DNA of 64,000 nt from Selaginella moellendorffii (taxonomy: Eukaryota > Plantae > Lycopodiophyta), in contig NW_003314407.1 in the NCBI RefSeq assembly GCF_000143415.4, forward strand, positions 186,001 to 250,000, read 5' to 3'. Of this stretch, positions 33,558-47,776 are shown piece by piece. Under the pieces are notes generated by a model. The model searched no databases. It was not told the origin of the DNA and saw only the letters and a program-made list of their open reading frames with translations. Every line of letters starts with the position of its first letter. Within the stretch, counting starts at the first letter, position 1. Both the position numbers and the translations under genes were made by a program.

Positions 33558-35830
33558 ATGCCGCAGCAATCGAGGAGGAAGGAGGAATTGAACAAGGGCG
33601 CCTCCAAGAGCAAGAAGGACAAGAAGGACAAGAATGCGGCGAAGAAGAAGAAAGAGCTCCAGAAGCGGCAGGAGAAGCCCATCAGTTTCATCGATTGCCC
33701 GGTGTGCCACAAGGTGTTGAAGCATCCGGTGGAGATCGAATGCGGGCATGTGTTTTGCAATCGGTGCCTTCGAAGGAAAATGGGACGCCAAAAGATGTAA
33801 GCTCTCGTTCTTGTTTTTCTTTCTCTTCTTCTACCTTGTATCGAGCTCCAGCTAAAGCTCTCTCCTAGTTGGACTGTTCCAGGTGCCCGATTTGCAAGAG
33901 CGAGATCGAGTACATCCATCCATCGTACTTGATGAGGGAACTTGTCCGAAAGTTTGGTGTGAAAGATGGTCCCAAGAGGCTCAAGGCCGAGTTGCTTCAA
34001 GTTTCGGGGTACTACGACGAGTATGCAATCGAAGATCCCATTGTCATAGCCGCGCAGTTCGTACCAGGTAGCAATGGTGGTGCGTTTGATCCTGCCGACT
34101 TGTACAAGGTTGCGAAGCTTGAGGACTTTGTGACTGCCGAGGAGTACTTGGACACGATCAAAATGGTCAATCACATCATCTCGAGGTACTTAGAACTCTC
34201 TCTTTCTTTTGTTTTGTTGAGAACTGAGGCCAGTGATATGCAGCTGGACGTCAGGCCCGATAAGTGCGTGTTTGGGAACGCTGTGCTTCTGCGTGTTTCC
34301 TTCACCTGCGTAAGTGTTTGAGCTTTGATGTAGCAGCTATTCGGTTGACAACTCTCCTTTCGTTTTTTTCCCCTTTCCAGCCAGAAAGCAGTAAACATGA
34401 TTGAAGTTGTGCTTGGGGATTGCAACCTCAGATGGCCTGAGACTGGCTGCTTCTGGACGCTCTTGTACATGGACGGCGACACCCGTTCGGTATAACAAGC
34501 TGGTTTGGGACTTACATTGGCCATGGCAAGTCCTTTTGCAGGCTAGCTCTTTGGGAGACAAGTTTTACCTTGTGTTGCGGATTGATCGTTCCAAAGCTCG
34601 GGCTTACCAGAACTCTCTAAAAGCCGGTAATGAAAGTGTTTTTTCGAAGTGTTCTGTCGAGCATAACAGTCGTTGTTTAAAGGCTCCAGGCGGACAGAGG
34701 AAAGACGTGGAGATGGCACGTCTGAGAAAGCAGAATGCGCTCATGCGGCATAAGATGCTTGAGCTCGGGGAGAATGGTTTCATTCGCGCGCTTGCTGGAC
34801 GAAAATCTCCCAGGTACGCAGACGAACGAATAGCTCCGAAGTCTTTTCGAACATGCTTTTGTTCTTTTGCTTGCAGATATAGTCTCAAATCAGGAGCAAG
34901 TTTGGCTTTCGCAGACGAGTATCCCGGTAAACACCAGAGAGTTTTTTTTATGAACCTTGCTTGATGGTTTGTTTTGCTGCAGACTTTCCAGTGATCTCCC
35001 CGCACACTTTAAGGGATCTTGTACTTCACAATCCACTCTCGAAGCGGCCTTTCGTACCACCATGGAACCGGTAAGTTGCGAAAACCACGTAGCAACCTTT
35101 TCTTTAAATCTCTTTTGCAGCATGAGATCTACCAGTACTGGACCACTTCCGACAACGAGGGAGGAGGATTGCCGGATGAAGAGCCATTTAACAACAATGG
35201 TGTCATCGAGATCAGGATCACCGGGTCCATATAACGTAGACAGTACCAGATCACAATCTCCAGCCGCAAGACCAAAGTCCCCTCCCAGTCCGGAAAAGGT
35301 TAAGTCTGCTAATTAATTACTGCTGTTTTCTCCTCGAACTCAACCTCGTTTGTCACTGCAGTCCCCGCCTTGGAAGTAAGTATGGGCTTTGAGATGCGAA
35401 GTTTCAAATTTCCATACCCTTTTTTTTGCTTGAAGCATATTCTCTGTGCGTGTTTAGAATATTCATATTTTGGCTTGAGAAACCTGAATTTGAAATGAGA
35501 ATTATTATGATCATAAAACATCTAACAGAGGGAAAAACTCTAACATGTAACAGGCATTTGGATGCTAAGAAACCTGACTTTGAAATGAGAATTATTATGA
35601 TCATAAAACATACATTTGGATGCTAAATTTTGACACTGTTGAAACATTTGAGCAAAATTTGTTTTAGCAACAATGCTATGGCCTCGGAATCTACCCTAGC
35701 GACTGCCTCTAGCGCTGCTACAAGGCACTTCATACCTGGTCAAACGTGTTTCCCAGCGAGCTCCACTCACGCAGAGTCGTGCAGAAGGAAGACTGAGTCA
35801 AATATAACAGTCGCGGACATGAGGATTTAA
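33558..35830 (+). CDS. C3HC4 RING-finger protein, multi-exon; 3' end uncertain (stop at 35379 or 35830)
   Basis: CPVC...IECGHVFCNRC...(intron)...CPIC. Downstream exons join in frame through short GT-AG introns. Confidence 0.7.
35479..35611. repeat. ~43-bp direct repeat, period ~90 bp
   Basis: GAAACCTGA.TTTGAAATGAGAATTATTATGATCATAAAACAT occurs twice. Confidence 0.8.
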
Positions 35831-36402
35831 GCTAAACAAAATATTTCAAAAAAGGAACAGCCAGTAGCAATAGGAAATCTGATTGCTCACAGCAAGCAAG
35901 TTTTTACATTCAACAATGGCCTCGAATTAAAACTGGAGAAGAGCAACTCTCAACCCACAAGCTACTTTGCAGTAGTCATACTCTGATCATCCATTTCCTC
36001 TGCTTAGAATCAAGTGCTTATTGTTTGCCCTTTTTTGGCTTGCATAACCTTAAGATCATTTGCTCAAGAGTCCTTTGGTGTGTTTTTTCTTTAGGGGAAA
36101 AAAGTGTTCCACCTAAGAGTGAATGATTTCACATAGAGAGAATTAAAAGCAAAATGAGTGGAACTACTAATTATTAGGCCTTCTTGGCAGCTATAGCACT
36201 TGTTCAAGGCTTCTCTCCTGTAATGATTTATGTCTTGCTTCTCCACAATCAGAGTAATGACTCACATTACCTGTTTTGCTAGAAACAAGTTTTGCAAATT
36301 GTTGCTACTTGTACCTACTAAAAGGAGGAATAGAAAGCTTAGGACTAAAAGAAGTTATTAATGGTTGCCAATTACCACCTTTGTTAATTGTTACTTATAT
36401 GT

Positions 36403-39400
36403 TGTAGTGTACTTGAATTTGGAGTTGAACTCCAAGCCTATTGCATTATGAAATGAAAGTTTAGTACACTTTCAATCTTACAAGGATCAACTCCCTATAT
36501 CTAACATTCACATGCAAAATGGTGTTTGGTATAAATTTGGCATACTAATGGCCTAACATAAAGAGGGTACCCCATCAACTAGAGGGATGTAGTCAATAAC
36601 TCCCTTTTAAGTTTTGTCTTTGTGATGTTTCTTAGCTCATGCAAGATTATTTGAATGATAGAATGCAAAAGAGAGGTCTCCAAAGAAAAAAGTATGCATT
36701 AGAACCAAAACAAGGATTTAGACTTATATATGGTTTTGGTTTGTTTCCTTTTTTTTTTTTTTTTCACAGATAGATACAAGACTAAGAGCCGTAAGAGAAG
36801 GTCTCTTTTTCCATATTGATTTTTTCTGTCAACCACAATGGCTTCTTTGCAAAAAAAAATAATGAAGATGATCCGAAGAAATGGTAAAGTATGTAATGGA
36901 AAGGGTGAAATAATACTATTTATTCCTTTGATGAGATAATGTAGTTTGCCAAGTTTGTTAGACAACTGAAACAACTCATTATTGCTCTACCCAAGGCAGA
37001 AGATAATTGCAAGAAAAAAGCTAAAAATGAGACTATCAAATGCATAAATTTGCAAAAGAACAATATCCTAACAAACATAAGACAAAATCTCATATCAATG
37101 TCATTAGGGAAAATAATGGTGATGAAGTTAAAAAAGTTAATGAATTGGTTAATAAAGATTATGAGGAAGAGAAGGTGAGTTATTTTCCTTAAGCTTTGTT
37201 TGCAATTAATGCAAATTAATGTATCTCAAAAGTTTTGTCTATGAACACCAAAACCGAGTGACGATCAATAGAGTTATGCACAATGAGATATATGAAGACC
37301 TTGTTAAGTTGTTAATATTGAAAGCTAAGCAAATGTCACCTATACACTTCTAATTTATAGAAGGTGGGCAAGTAGCTAGGAAATTGTAAATGATGTGTTA
37401 ATAAAGATATCTAAAAGAGAGATTTGATTTGGTAGTGTTGAAGATACTAAATTTTTAGATAGTGTTTAGTGTAAATTGGGATATATAGTGCTAATGTAGT
37501 GCATCTTATCTCTCTCCCTTTAATCCATTTGGAAAAGAAACAATTGCTTGATAAAAAATCCCTTCGTTATTTATCTATAAAATTTAAAAAATCCATAATG
37601 ATAGTATATCTAAATGATTAAATATGCTACACTCCCTCCTCTAAAAATATCAATGTATTGGCTATATACTAACAACCCTTATTGAGATAAGAGGAACCAA
37701 CATTTCTATTTTTACATTGAATTTAACGTTCTTTCCATTGTATATATTATCTATTCAATGTGAGCTAACTAATTATCCACTTGTACCATAGTCCCACTAT
37801 AACACATATAGTTTTTTATACCCTATAATAATTTACTATGGAGTGGAACTTTAACCCTTAGACATATGGGTTGAAGGCAGTAAAGCAAAACTCAAGTTTC
37901 AAAGCCTTGGGCCATTAAACAAAGGGATAGAGCCAAATTCTCAAGTATACAATTAATAAATTAAAGAACTTAGAGCATCAATCATCAAAATACTAGAACT
38001 AGTATACAAAATAAAGCTAAATAGAATTTAGTATAATTTTGATATACTAATAACCTAATAAAAGGATATGAGTACTCCAGTAGCTAGCATGGTATTGAGT
38101 TTAAGATTAAACCCAAATCAAATGCAAAACATGGATAAACACGCAAGTAAGAAACTAAATTATACCTTAGGTTGGTTAGCCATGTTTAACCTACCTACTA
38201 TCCTTACTATACATTTGCACCCTATAGACCTCCCCTAGAAAAATGCTTGTTTTGGGCTTTTACCCTAATCCCAAGAGTTAGTCTTTAGGATAATTATGAA
38301 AACTATGATATTTTATTTCATTCCAATTTCAACTCCAATAATGGTAATATCAAAGCATCACTTTAATACCATTAACACCAAAATAAAGCCAGAAGAAAGC
38401 AAGAACAAATCACCACTCAAGGCTTTTTAGTATCTAAGTCAAAAATATTATACTTAGTATCTAAGAACAATCCTTTAAATACTTAATTATAAATAACACA
38501 TTATCAAGGAATGAATCACCACATCCAAGACTTAATACAATCTAACATCACAAACTAAACACTACCAAACAATATTAATAGAGGTGAAATCAATATGCCA
38601 ATATAGAAAAACTATGTAAGACCAATAACTCAATTTTTTACAACACTGTCCAATAAAGTGAGTTTATCACTGCTAAATCATTATCGAGTTATGTAAAGTG
38701 CTAACAATCCTTAAGGAAATCTACAAACAATCACTAATTGCAAAATAACCAATAATCAACTTTCAACTCACCTTTACAAGAGTTAAACACTACATTACAT
38801 CATCAAGTTATATACTTGTTTAACAAGAAGATAACACCCCATGTACAATATATAGAAACATGAACAAGTATGAACAAAGTGATACTTGAATTCAATTAAA
38901 TAATAATAAGCCCACTATCACATTTATCCAATAGTTCTAAGCATAACTAAAAAAGCTAACAATGCATGATCAACACTCAACTGAAACTAAAGTGAAGACC
39001 ATGAGATAAACTCATATTGTATATAATTTCCTAATAGATAAAGTTATAATATAGGTACTAACACCTCAACTACAAAGTACTTACTTAGTCTGCCCATTAG
39101 TTTGAGGATGATAAACTATACTAAACTTCAACTTAGTATCGAATAACTGGAATAATATGCCTCAAAACTTCCCCGTAAATCTTGAATCTCTATTGAAGAT
39201 CATCTCTTTAAGAAAACCACAAACCCATACTATTTCATGGAAAAAGAACTTTCATGCTTGCTTCACATTCATTGTTTTCATAGTTGAAATGAAGTGTGCA
39301 ATCTTCAACAACCAATCCACAACCATCATCAAAGTATCATAACCCTTAGACTTCGTCAAGCAAGTGATAAAATTAAGTGTCACACTCTGAAATGGCCATG

Positions 39401-42400
39401 CTAGTGCTAGAATGCACTGCAACTTTCTAGTTTACTTCTCAATTCTTCGCTTACACTACTAGCATATAGGGCAAGAATGAACAATCTTTTATATCACCTT
39501 CCATACCAAACCAGAAAAATCCCTTTTTCAATGAAGCAAGAGTCTTTTGTTTTCCACCATATCTCATTGCTAAAACATCATGATATTCCTGCAGAAATAG
39601 CTATCACAGATCCTTCAACGGAAGATACAATCTTTCTTGGTTATAGAAAATAAGCCCATCCTAAACTGAGAAGTATAGCTTCATATTGGCACAACTAATA
39701 ACTTTTGCCACTCTACTTTAACAACTCCGCATGGTGCAATGTTGTCTTTGCCAATGAATCACTTCTATATGAAGCCCTAACATCCTCCAACTAGTCTGAA
39801 TTGATTGCTGATATTGCCCGGAATTGAGCCTGATGACTTAACGCATTTGGAACAATATTGTCTTTACTAGGTTTATAGATGATTTCAATATCAAATCTAG
39901 CGAGCTTCTCTTGTGAATGAGCCTACTTCGGCATAAACTTTAGTTGCGTAGCAAAGTATGCCACATAGCAAAGAACTTAGTGTGTTATTATCTATATAAA
40001 CCTTGGTATATCCATCCATAGTGTGTAATGTTGACACTATAGCAAACATCTCTTTCTCATGCATTAGCCTTCATTGGGTTTCATCCAATTCTTTGGAATA
40101 AAATGCAATAGGACAACTATGTCACATTAGTATAACACTAACTGCATTGTCACAATCTTGTTGCAACACAGCATCTATAGCATAGCCAAATGCATCACAA
40201 TGCACTTTGAAGGGTTTATCAAGATTTGGGATCCTAAGAATAAGAATTGTAGTCAAGATTTTCTTCAACTGTACAAAAGCATGTTGATAAGCTAGTGTTT
40301 AATGAAACAGTATACTACTCTTTGTTAACTTAGTTAATGGAAGAGCAATATTTGCAAAATTACCAACAAACTTGCAATAGTATCTTACTAACTCAAGAAA
40401 AAAACAAACATTTGATACAATGGTGGGGACTTCCCATAACTTCACTGCTTCCACCTTTTTTGGATTTACCTCAATTACACCACCATTGATTATATGTCCA
40501 AGAAAATTCACACATAATTGTCCAAAAGCACATTTACTTTCCTTAGCATATAGTTTATGTTCACGCAACTTCTGAAATACCAACTCCAAGTGTTTTAAAT
40601 GATCCTCTAACGTTTCATCGAAAACTAGAACATCGTTGATATATAAGACAATAAATATGTCCAAATAATCTCCGAATATTCTATCCATCATTATGCTGAA
40701 CATTGTTGAAGCATTACATAACTCAAATGGCATAACAAAGAACTCATAGGATCTATATTAAGTCTTAAAGGTTGTTTTCTTTACATCTTGATTTGCCACC
40801 AGTATCTGATGATACCTGAATTGCAAATCAAGTCACGTAAAATACTTAGCCTTTAAGAGTTGGTCAAATAAGTCATTAATGTGAGGCAAAGGATAATTGT
40901 TTTTGACAATGATTTTGTTGAGAGACCAATAATCAATACACATCCTCATAGTACCATCCTTTTTCTTAACAAAAAAAACCAATGGTCCATAAGATCACTT
41001 ATTTGGTCAGATATAACCTTTGACAAGAAGTTCCATGAGTTGCTTCTTGAGTCCAGCTATCTCTTTGATGTTCAAATGATATGGAGCCTTTATAGGTGCC
41101 TGGAACAATCTCAATCCGATGATCAACTTTACGGCTAGAAGGTAGCTTTGGCAGGAAATCCTTCAGAAAGAGATCTTGATTCTATGCTAACAATTTCAAT
41201 ATTTCCTTTGGTTCAAGATCAACATTGTCATTGATTTGAATCGAGTCATCATCACCCTCAGCTTCCATCACTTGAACCCAAAAGGTCCGACATCCCTTCT
41301 TAGCTATTTTTTAAGTAGCTCTCACAATCAAGAACTTAATATCTCAATCCTTTGAGGAGTGCTTTTGCAACTAAAAAGACATATTAGGATGTCCTTCTGA
41401 CCTTAACATAATGCGACTTTGTTCAACACCATAAATCCCTTTTATATAGTTTTTGAAGAAATCTATACTAAACACCATTTGAAAATCTAGTATTTTCAAT
41501 ACTACCTTGTCTAATCTTTCTTTCCACTTAGATATTTTTATTAGAACATCACTCATAAATCTTTTGGCTACTTGCCCACCTTCTACAAACCAAAAGTGTA
41601 TAGGCAACATCTACTCAGGTTTCAATTCTAACAACTTTACTAAGTCTTCGGATATCATGTTATGCATAACTCCCGTATCAATCATCACTTGGATTCAGTA
41701 ATCTGCAGATAAAGCCTATCAAATACATCAACAGATTAGTGTTTGCATTGATTGCGAGAAAAGCTTGAAAAAATTAACTCACCTCCTTTTCCTCATAATC
41801 TACATTGACTAACTTGTCAACCCCTTCAACTTCACCACCACCATCTTACCTCATGACATTAATACAAGATCTTGTCTTATGCTTGTTAGGATATTCCAAG
41901 AACCTATGTCTTATCTCTCCACAATGGAAGCAATAACCCATACTACCCATTTTGCTAAGAGTAGGTTTTACATATTGCTATTACTTGTATCCATCAGGAG
42001 GAGGAACATAGGGCATAAGACCAGAAGAGAAGCTATTAGTGGTTGCCAACCACCACTTTTATTAATCGTTGCTTGTGAGCCTCCAAGGTAAAACCTTTCT
42101 TCCACCCTCTATTTCGATCACTTTGTTTATTCCTAGAGTTCTTAATCTTGTCTAATATACCAACACATGGCTATTGATACAGTTCTATGAGTGAGTGACT
42201 AAAGGCAACTTATTATGCTGCTTCTTTACACTCTATATATGTCTTTGGCTTAAATTTCAAAATCTCATTGTGAGAAAATGAACTCAAACCTTTTAAGAAA
42301 TAACTTCGAGCGTCTTCATCACTCATATTTGCAATTATAATGCACTTTTGAGCAAATGCATTAACGTAATGCATAAGGTTCCCTTGCTACTTTAACTACC

Positions 42401-43335
42401 ATAGCTCCACATGAAGTCTCAAATTAGGATCATTTGGCAAGTATTCCTTATGAATACAAGACCTCATCTTAGTTCAACTTTTAGTCTGCTCTTTTTCAAC
42501 ACACACCTGGTGCCACCAAGTTTTTGCATGATTGGTGAAAAAAGACTGTGCACACACAACTTTCGTATAATCATCTACATGTGCCACTATGAAATATTTT
42601 TCCATATCATAGACCTAGTCAGTTGCCCAAGTTTCAAAATTCAAGCCTTCAAAATAAAAGGCATGTGAAACTATCAGGTTTTTGAGGGATAGTTGTAGAA
42701 TTTCATCATCCTCAAAACTTGAAGAGGAGTCTGATTTCTTAAGTTTAGCTAGTTTAGCTAGTTTAGCTTCTTTCTTCCTTTTTTTGTTCTCCTTCTTCAA
42801 TTTGCGAACTTCCCTTTGCAAATTCTTGATCTCAATTTCTTGAGCTATATGCTGCAATGCCACAACATTAGGCTCTTCATCCTCTGACTCAGCCTCAGCC
42901 TCTTTCACAGCATCTCTAGCAGTCTCTAGCAGGAGTTTTCTCCTCTTGACTCACTAGTTTCAACATCATCAACATAGTTCCTTTTCAACATCTCGCTAGC
43001 TGCATGCATGCCTCTATCAATAACTAAACATGCATACAACATTCTTATCAAATGGTGTAATCCAATGAATCCCACACATGTCGCTTCAGATCTACTAGAA
43101 AAGTCTTTGCATATGCAATTTAAGTCAGAATTTTAGACAAAAGTTGGATAAAAATTGCTAAAACAATTCCTCTAATACCAAATATATCGCACTTAAATTT
43201 GGAGCCAAAATTCAAGCCTATTGTGCTATGAAATGCGAGTCCGGTACACTCTCAATCCTACAAGCACTAACTCCTTGTATCTAACACTTGTATGCAAAAT
43301 GGTGTCAAATGGTGTTTGATACAATTTCAGTATAG
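36403..43335 (-). mobile_element. Degenerate Ty3/Gypsy retrotransposon with nested and inverted fragments
   Basis: Homologous LTR segments from 36403 and 43183; reverse Met-PBS at 43170-43180. RT remnant 40299-40733 (MPFELCNASTMF...YINDVLVF...KCAFG), integrase remnants ~39100-39600, and an inverted gag/protease copy at 37040-37480. Confidence 0.85.
37495..39090 (-). mobile_element. Nested fragments: short LTR (37495-37631) with PPT, decayed long-LTR piece, and internal segment of the 48-53 kb element family
   Basis: 37495-37631 resembles 53373-53534, 37850-38290 resembles 43500-44014, and 38320-39090 resembles 50410-51210. Confidence 0.65.
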
Positions 43336-44014
43336 GAGGTTGGGCTTAAATTGTGCCATTTGCTCCGATACCAAATGTAGCGCACGTGGTTTTGACCTTT
43401 TATCCTATGGTGATTTACCATAAGATAACACCACAAAGTGAAACCGAAACCCTCTTTATGCCACGTGACACATGCCACATTTCATATGCCACGTGTCCAA
43501 GGGACAGTGGTGCGGAGCCTGAGGTTCAAGGCCTTGGGCCACTGAACAAAGGAACAGTGCCAAACTCCCAAGCATGTAGCCAATGAGTGACAGAACCAAT
43601 GCCCGGAGCAACTCCCAAGCATACAGCCTAAGAGTGAAGAAACAGGAGCCCGGAGCAACTTGGAATAGTCCTAGAGTAACTAGCATCCCAATGCCATGAC
43701 CAGCACGCAAAACAGAGCCAAATAGAGTCTAGTGCTATTTCAGCATATTGGTAGCCTAACGTAAGGATATAGGTACTCTACCAGCTAGCATGGAATGGAA
43801 CTTGGGCTTAGACCCAAGCTGGACATAGAACAAGGACAAACACGCAAGTGGGAGTTAGACTATGCCTCAAGTTGGTCAGCCATGCCCAACTTACCCACTA
43901 TCCTTACTATACTATACATTTGGAACCCCCCACAGCCCTTCCCCCCCCCCCTTGAGGAACACACACTTTGGGTTTTCACCCCAAGTCTCCCTTAGTATTA
44001 GGAGTTAGTTTCTA

Positions 44015-44640
44015 GGGGTGAAAGCCCAAAGCACTTGTCTCCCTAGGGCGTGGTAGGCCTTGAGCACTAGAAGGTAAGTGGGGGATGCGAGTGTTGGGCA
44101 GCCCGAGGTTAGACCTCAGGTGCCCGGCTCCACACCCCCAGCTGGACTTCTAGTGCATGTGCAGGCTGCCAAGCTCCTCCCCACGTGCACCATGTCGGAG
44201 TCAGACTCGGGCTCCATCTCGGACTCGGGTTCCAGCTCGGACATGGACACGTGGGGTGAAAGCCCAAAGCGCTTGTCTCCCTGGGGCGTGGTAGGCCTCG
44301 AGCACCGAAAGGATAGTGGGGGATGGGAGTGTGGGCAGTCGAGGTCAGACCTCAGGTGCCCGGCTCCACACCTCCAGCTGGACTTCTAGTGCATGCGCGG
44401 GCTGCCAGGCTCCACCCCGCGTGCACCATGTCCGAGTCGGATTCGGGCTCCATCTCAGACTCGGGTTCCGGCTTGGACATGGACATGTGGGGTGAAAGCC
44501 CAAAGCGCTTGTCTCCCTGGGGTGTGGTAGGCCGCAACCACCAGAAGGATAGTGGGGGATGGGAGTGTGGGCAGCCGAGGTCAGACCTTGGGTGCCCAGC
44601 TCCACACCCCCAGCTGGACTTCCAGCGCACGCGTGGGCTC
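44015..44640. repeat. ~237-bp tandem repeat, about 2.6 copies
   Basis: Units start GGGGTGAAAGCCCAAAGC at 44015, 44253 and 44489. Confidence 0.9.
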
Positions 44641-45399
44641 CTGCCTGCTCGGACTTGGGCTTGAAGTTGGGCTCAAGCACGTACTCGAGCTTTTGCTCGG
44701 GCTCGCGTTTGGACTTGGCTCTTGCTCATGCTCAAGCTTGAACTCCGACTGGGACAAATAGCCAAAAGCTGTTGTCCTAGAAAGAGGAGGGACTTTCTTA
44801 CCTGTAGGATGATGGATGGGGAGTGGAGGCTCTCGAGCAGCTAGGGTTGAACCGCGGTTGCCCAGCTCTGCTTCCCATACAAACGAGGGTTGGCTCACTT
44901 GCTAGGGTCATGTCGTGGCACTTCGATGGCTCCCCTTGTGTGCCTCACCTTGTGGGCTTCCCGTGCCCACCAGCCAAAGGAAATGGTGCTCAACTGCTCT
45001 AGTGGCAAGCATGTGCAACATCCATCCAGGTGTTACCCGATCGGCAATCCAGACGTGGAACTCCCGACGTGGAATGCCTGGGCAGTGTCGCATGTGTGAG
45101 TGCTCATGGCCTTTGGCTGGTGGCGTGGGGGGGGCCTCCCCAGCATTGATGGGGGGTGGGGTTGTGCAAGGGTTCTCGACTACGGAGAGAGCCTCGACGT
45201 GGCTTCCCTGGCACCCGCTCCAGCGTTCGGCAGAGTTGTGCTGTGCGGTCCATGGGCCTGGCCTTGGGACCACATCCGCATGCCATCAGGCAAGGGGGAG
45301 GGAGGCAGCAGTTGTAAGGAACCAACTCGCCGAGGTGTCGTAGGCTAAAGGAGCCCCGAAAGCTTGACCAAAATGATAAAGAGTTCATTGGATGGGACC

Positions 45400-45575
45400 A
45401 AGTCTAAGATCGAGTCCAAGACCGAGTTCGAGATAGAGTCCGGAATCGAGTCCGAGACCGACTCGGAGACCGAGTTCGAGGTCGGGTCCAAGGTCAGGTC
45501 CGAGATCGAGTCCGAGATCGAGTCCGAGACCGAATCCGAAGTTAGATCCGAGATCGAGCTAGAGACTAAGTCCAA
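45400..45575. repeat. Degenerate hexamer repeat (GAGTCC/GAGATC/GAGACC)
   Basis: Visible 6/12-bp periodicity. Confidence 0.85.
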
Positions 45576-46644
45576 GTACTAATACGGGTCAAGGGGTGAA
45601 AGCCCAAAGTGTGCGTCTCCCAGGGGGGGGGGGGGCTGCAGGGGGTTCCAAAAGTATAGTAGGGATAGTGAGGTTCAGGAACCAGTCTTGAAGGAACTCT
45701 CCAGTGGTGCTTCCAAACTGACTTGAGGTTGAGACTGGGGCCGAGGGGCCTTGGGTGGGAGTGAGCATGGGCTTGAGTGGTGCCGGAGGGGCCACCCAGG
45801 GAAGTGTTCAAGAGCAGCTCCCACTCCCGAAAGGGAAACCGACTGCGGTGCTCCCAGCTCATTTGGAGTGGTGCCCCACTTGAGTACCTTGCGGCTCATT
45901 GGTCCTCGCCCTTCCTAGGGGCTTGGGCCTTCCCTTCGGGATGGAAGTGGGGGAGTAAAGGTACCCATACTGGGCCATTAGGCCACGGTGTTTCGCCCCG
46001 ACGTCCCGAAGCAAGTGCTGCACCCAAGGCTTGGGATTTAGAGGGTCCCATGATCAAGTCTTGCTGTACCAAGGGGTATTAGGAACCTGGAGGCTTGGTG
46101 TGCTTGGCTGCTTGTGCCTGCGGGGAGTGTAGCCGAACCTTAAGTCCAATCTAACCCGGGGAGGGGGATTGGGAGAGATTTGGGAATCCGTAGATGGATG
46201 GCTAACACTCCGTTGCTCATGCAGTGAGTAGCTGAAACCCAGTAGGACCAAGTAGGAGCTTGTACAATAGGCAAGAACCTTGGCAAGGGAACTTAGCACA
46301 AGCCAAGGCAGTGTTGGTCAGATAGACGAGGTAAGCTAGCAAATTGGAAAGGAAAAATTTGTGGCTTACAGCAGTGTGGTCCTTTAGGCTTCCAAGGGAG
46401 GCAAGCCTCAGGGGCGGCACAGTTGCTTGGCAAGGGCCAGCGTCATGCGGCGGGAAAGGGGAGGGGTCCCCACCTGCCATGCGACAGAGGGAGGAAGGGG
46501 GGAGGACTCTCCCAGGCCCAAAGTGCGCGGAGACGACACAGGCTAAGCCTCAACCAGCGTGTGCGTGAGGGAGGGGGGGAAGGCCCTGTCTGCCTGCCAT
46601 GTGGCACAGAAAGGGGGGGAGGGGAAAAAAAAGTGGCCTGGAAT

Positions 46645-46955
46645 GTCTGGGCCCCAAGACGCGCGATTTTTCGTGAAAAGTTGGGGAGGTACCCCACATT
46701 TCATGGGGAGTGTTTTGGGGCCCAAAACGCGTGATTTTTCACAAAAATTTGCAAGGGTACCACATGTTTCGTGGGCTTTTTTTCGGGCCCAAAACACGCG
46801 ATTTTTCATGAAATGTTGGGGAGGTACCCCACATTTCGCAGTGCGCGTTTTGGGGCCCAAAACGCAGTCTTCGTGAATTGTTGGGGAGGTACCACATGTC
46901 CCGCGGGCGTGCTTTTTGGCGCCCAAAAAGTACACGGGATTGTGGAGGTACACTA
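46645..46955. repeat. ~68-bp tandem repeat with near-palindromic TTTTGG(G)GCCCAAAA and GGAGGTACC motifs
   Basis: About 4.5 imperfect copies. Confidence 0.8.
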
Positions 46956-47569
46956 TAGCTTTGGATCAGCTGCCCCACACTATAAAAGTAGGGGGAGTGT
47001 GAAATATTTTAGAGTGGGTTCAAATTGTGACTATAGCACTAGATCCCATTAGACCTCCAAAGTTAAGTGTCCATGGGCTTGAATAGTACTGGGTTGGGTG
47101 GCCACCTGGGAAGTCCAAGTGACCCCCTCTTTTTTTTTTCCTTACAAGTCATTTATTTTTGTAAGATCACTGTTTTAATATATAAACTTTGAGTATTTTT
47201 CCATAGCATATAAGTGTATGGTCCTTAAATACTACTTACAATTGTCAATGTAAGGTATATTTGCCAAATTGTGTCATTAGTTAGTTATTAACTAGGATAT
47301 AAGTCACAAAGAATATGTTGTGACTGTCACCATGTGGTATGGCAAACAAGTCCAAACATATATATGTCACATGGCATACAAGGACACTAAACTCTAACAA
47401 TGAGAACAAGCCAAAGGGCATGCCACGTCAATATGACACATATTGAAAACCATAAAACTCAAAACAAACCAAAGCACATCCACATGTCAATATGGCACAC
47501 TTTGAAAACCATAAAACTCTATGAGATCAAACCAAAGGCCATGCCACGTGTCAAAATAAAACTCGGATA

Positions 47570-47776
47570 TATCCAGGGCCAGACACATCCGGGGCCCGGC
47601 ATATCAGGTGCTTGACATGTCCGAGGCCGGACATATTGGGTGCCAAACATGTCTAGGGCCCGACATGTACGGAGCTGGACATATCGGGGCCCGACATATC
47701 GGGTGCCCGACATATCCGGGGCCAGACATGTCCGGGGCCTGACATCTCGGATGCCCAACATATCTAGGGCCGGACA
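47570..47776. repeat. 15-17-bp tandem repeat (GGGCCCGACATATCC-like)
   Basis: About 12 imperfect copies. Confidence 0.85.

Noticed and set aside
44015-44640. Hammerhead ribozyme or retrozyme in the 237-bp repeats
   Set aside because: I found no CTGANGA core paired with GAAA on either strand; only a simple GNRA hairpin is supported.
44078-46953. Many short ORFs (SESDSGSISDSG, ESEIESET and others)
   Set aside because: They are translations of tandem repeats within an LTR.
46645-47776. CRISPR-like arrays
   Set aside because: The repeats are contiguous without unique spacers, there are no cas genes, and the context is a eukaryotic TE.
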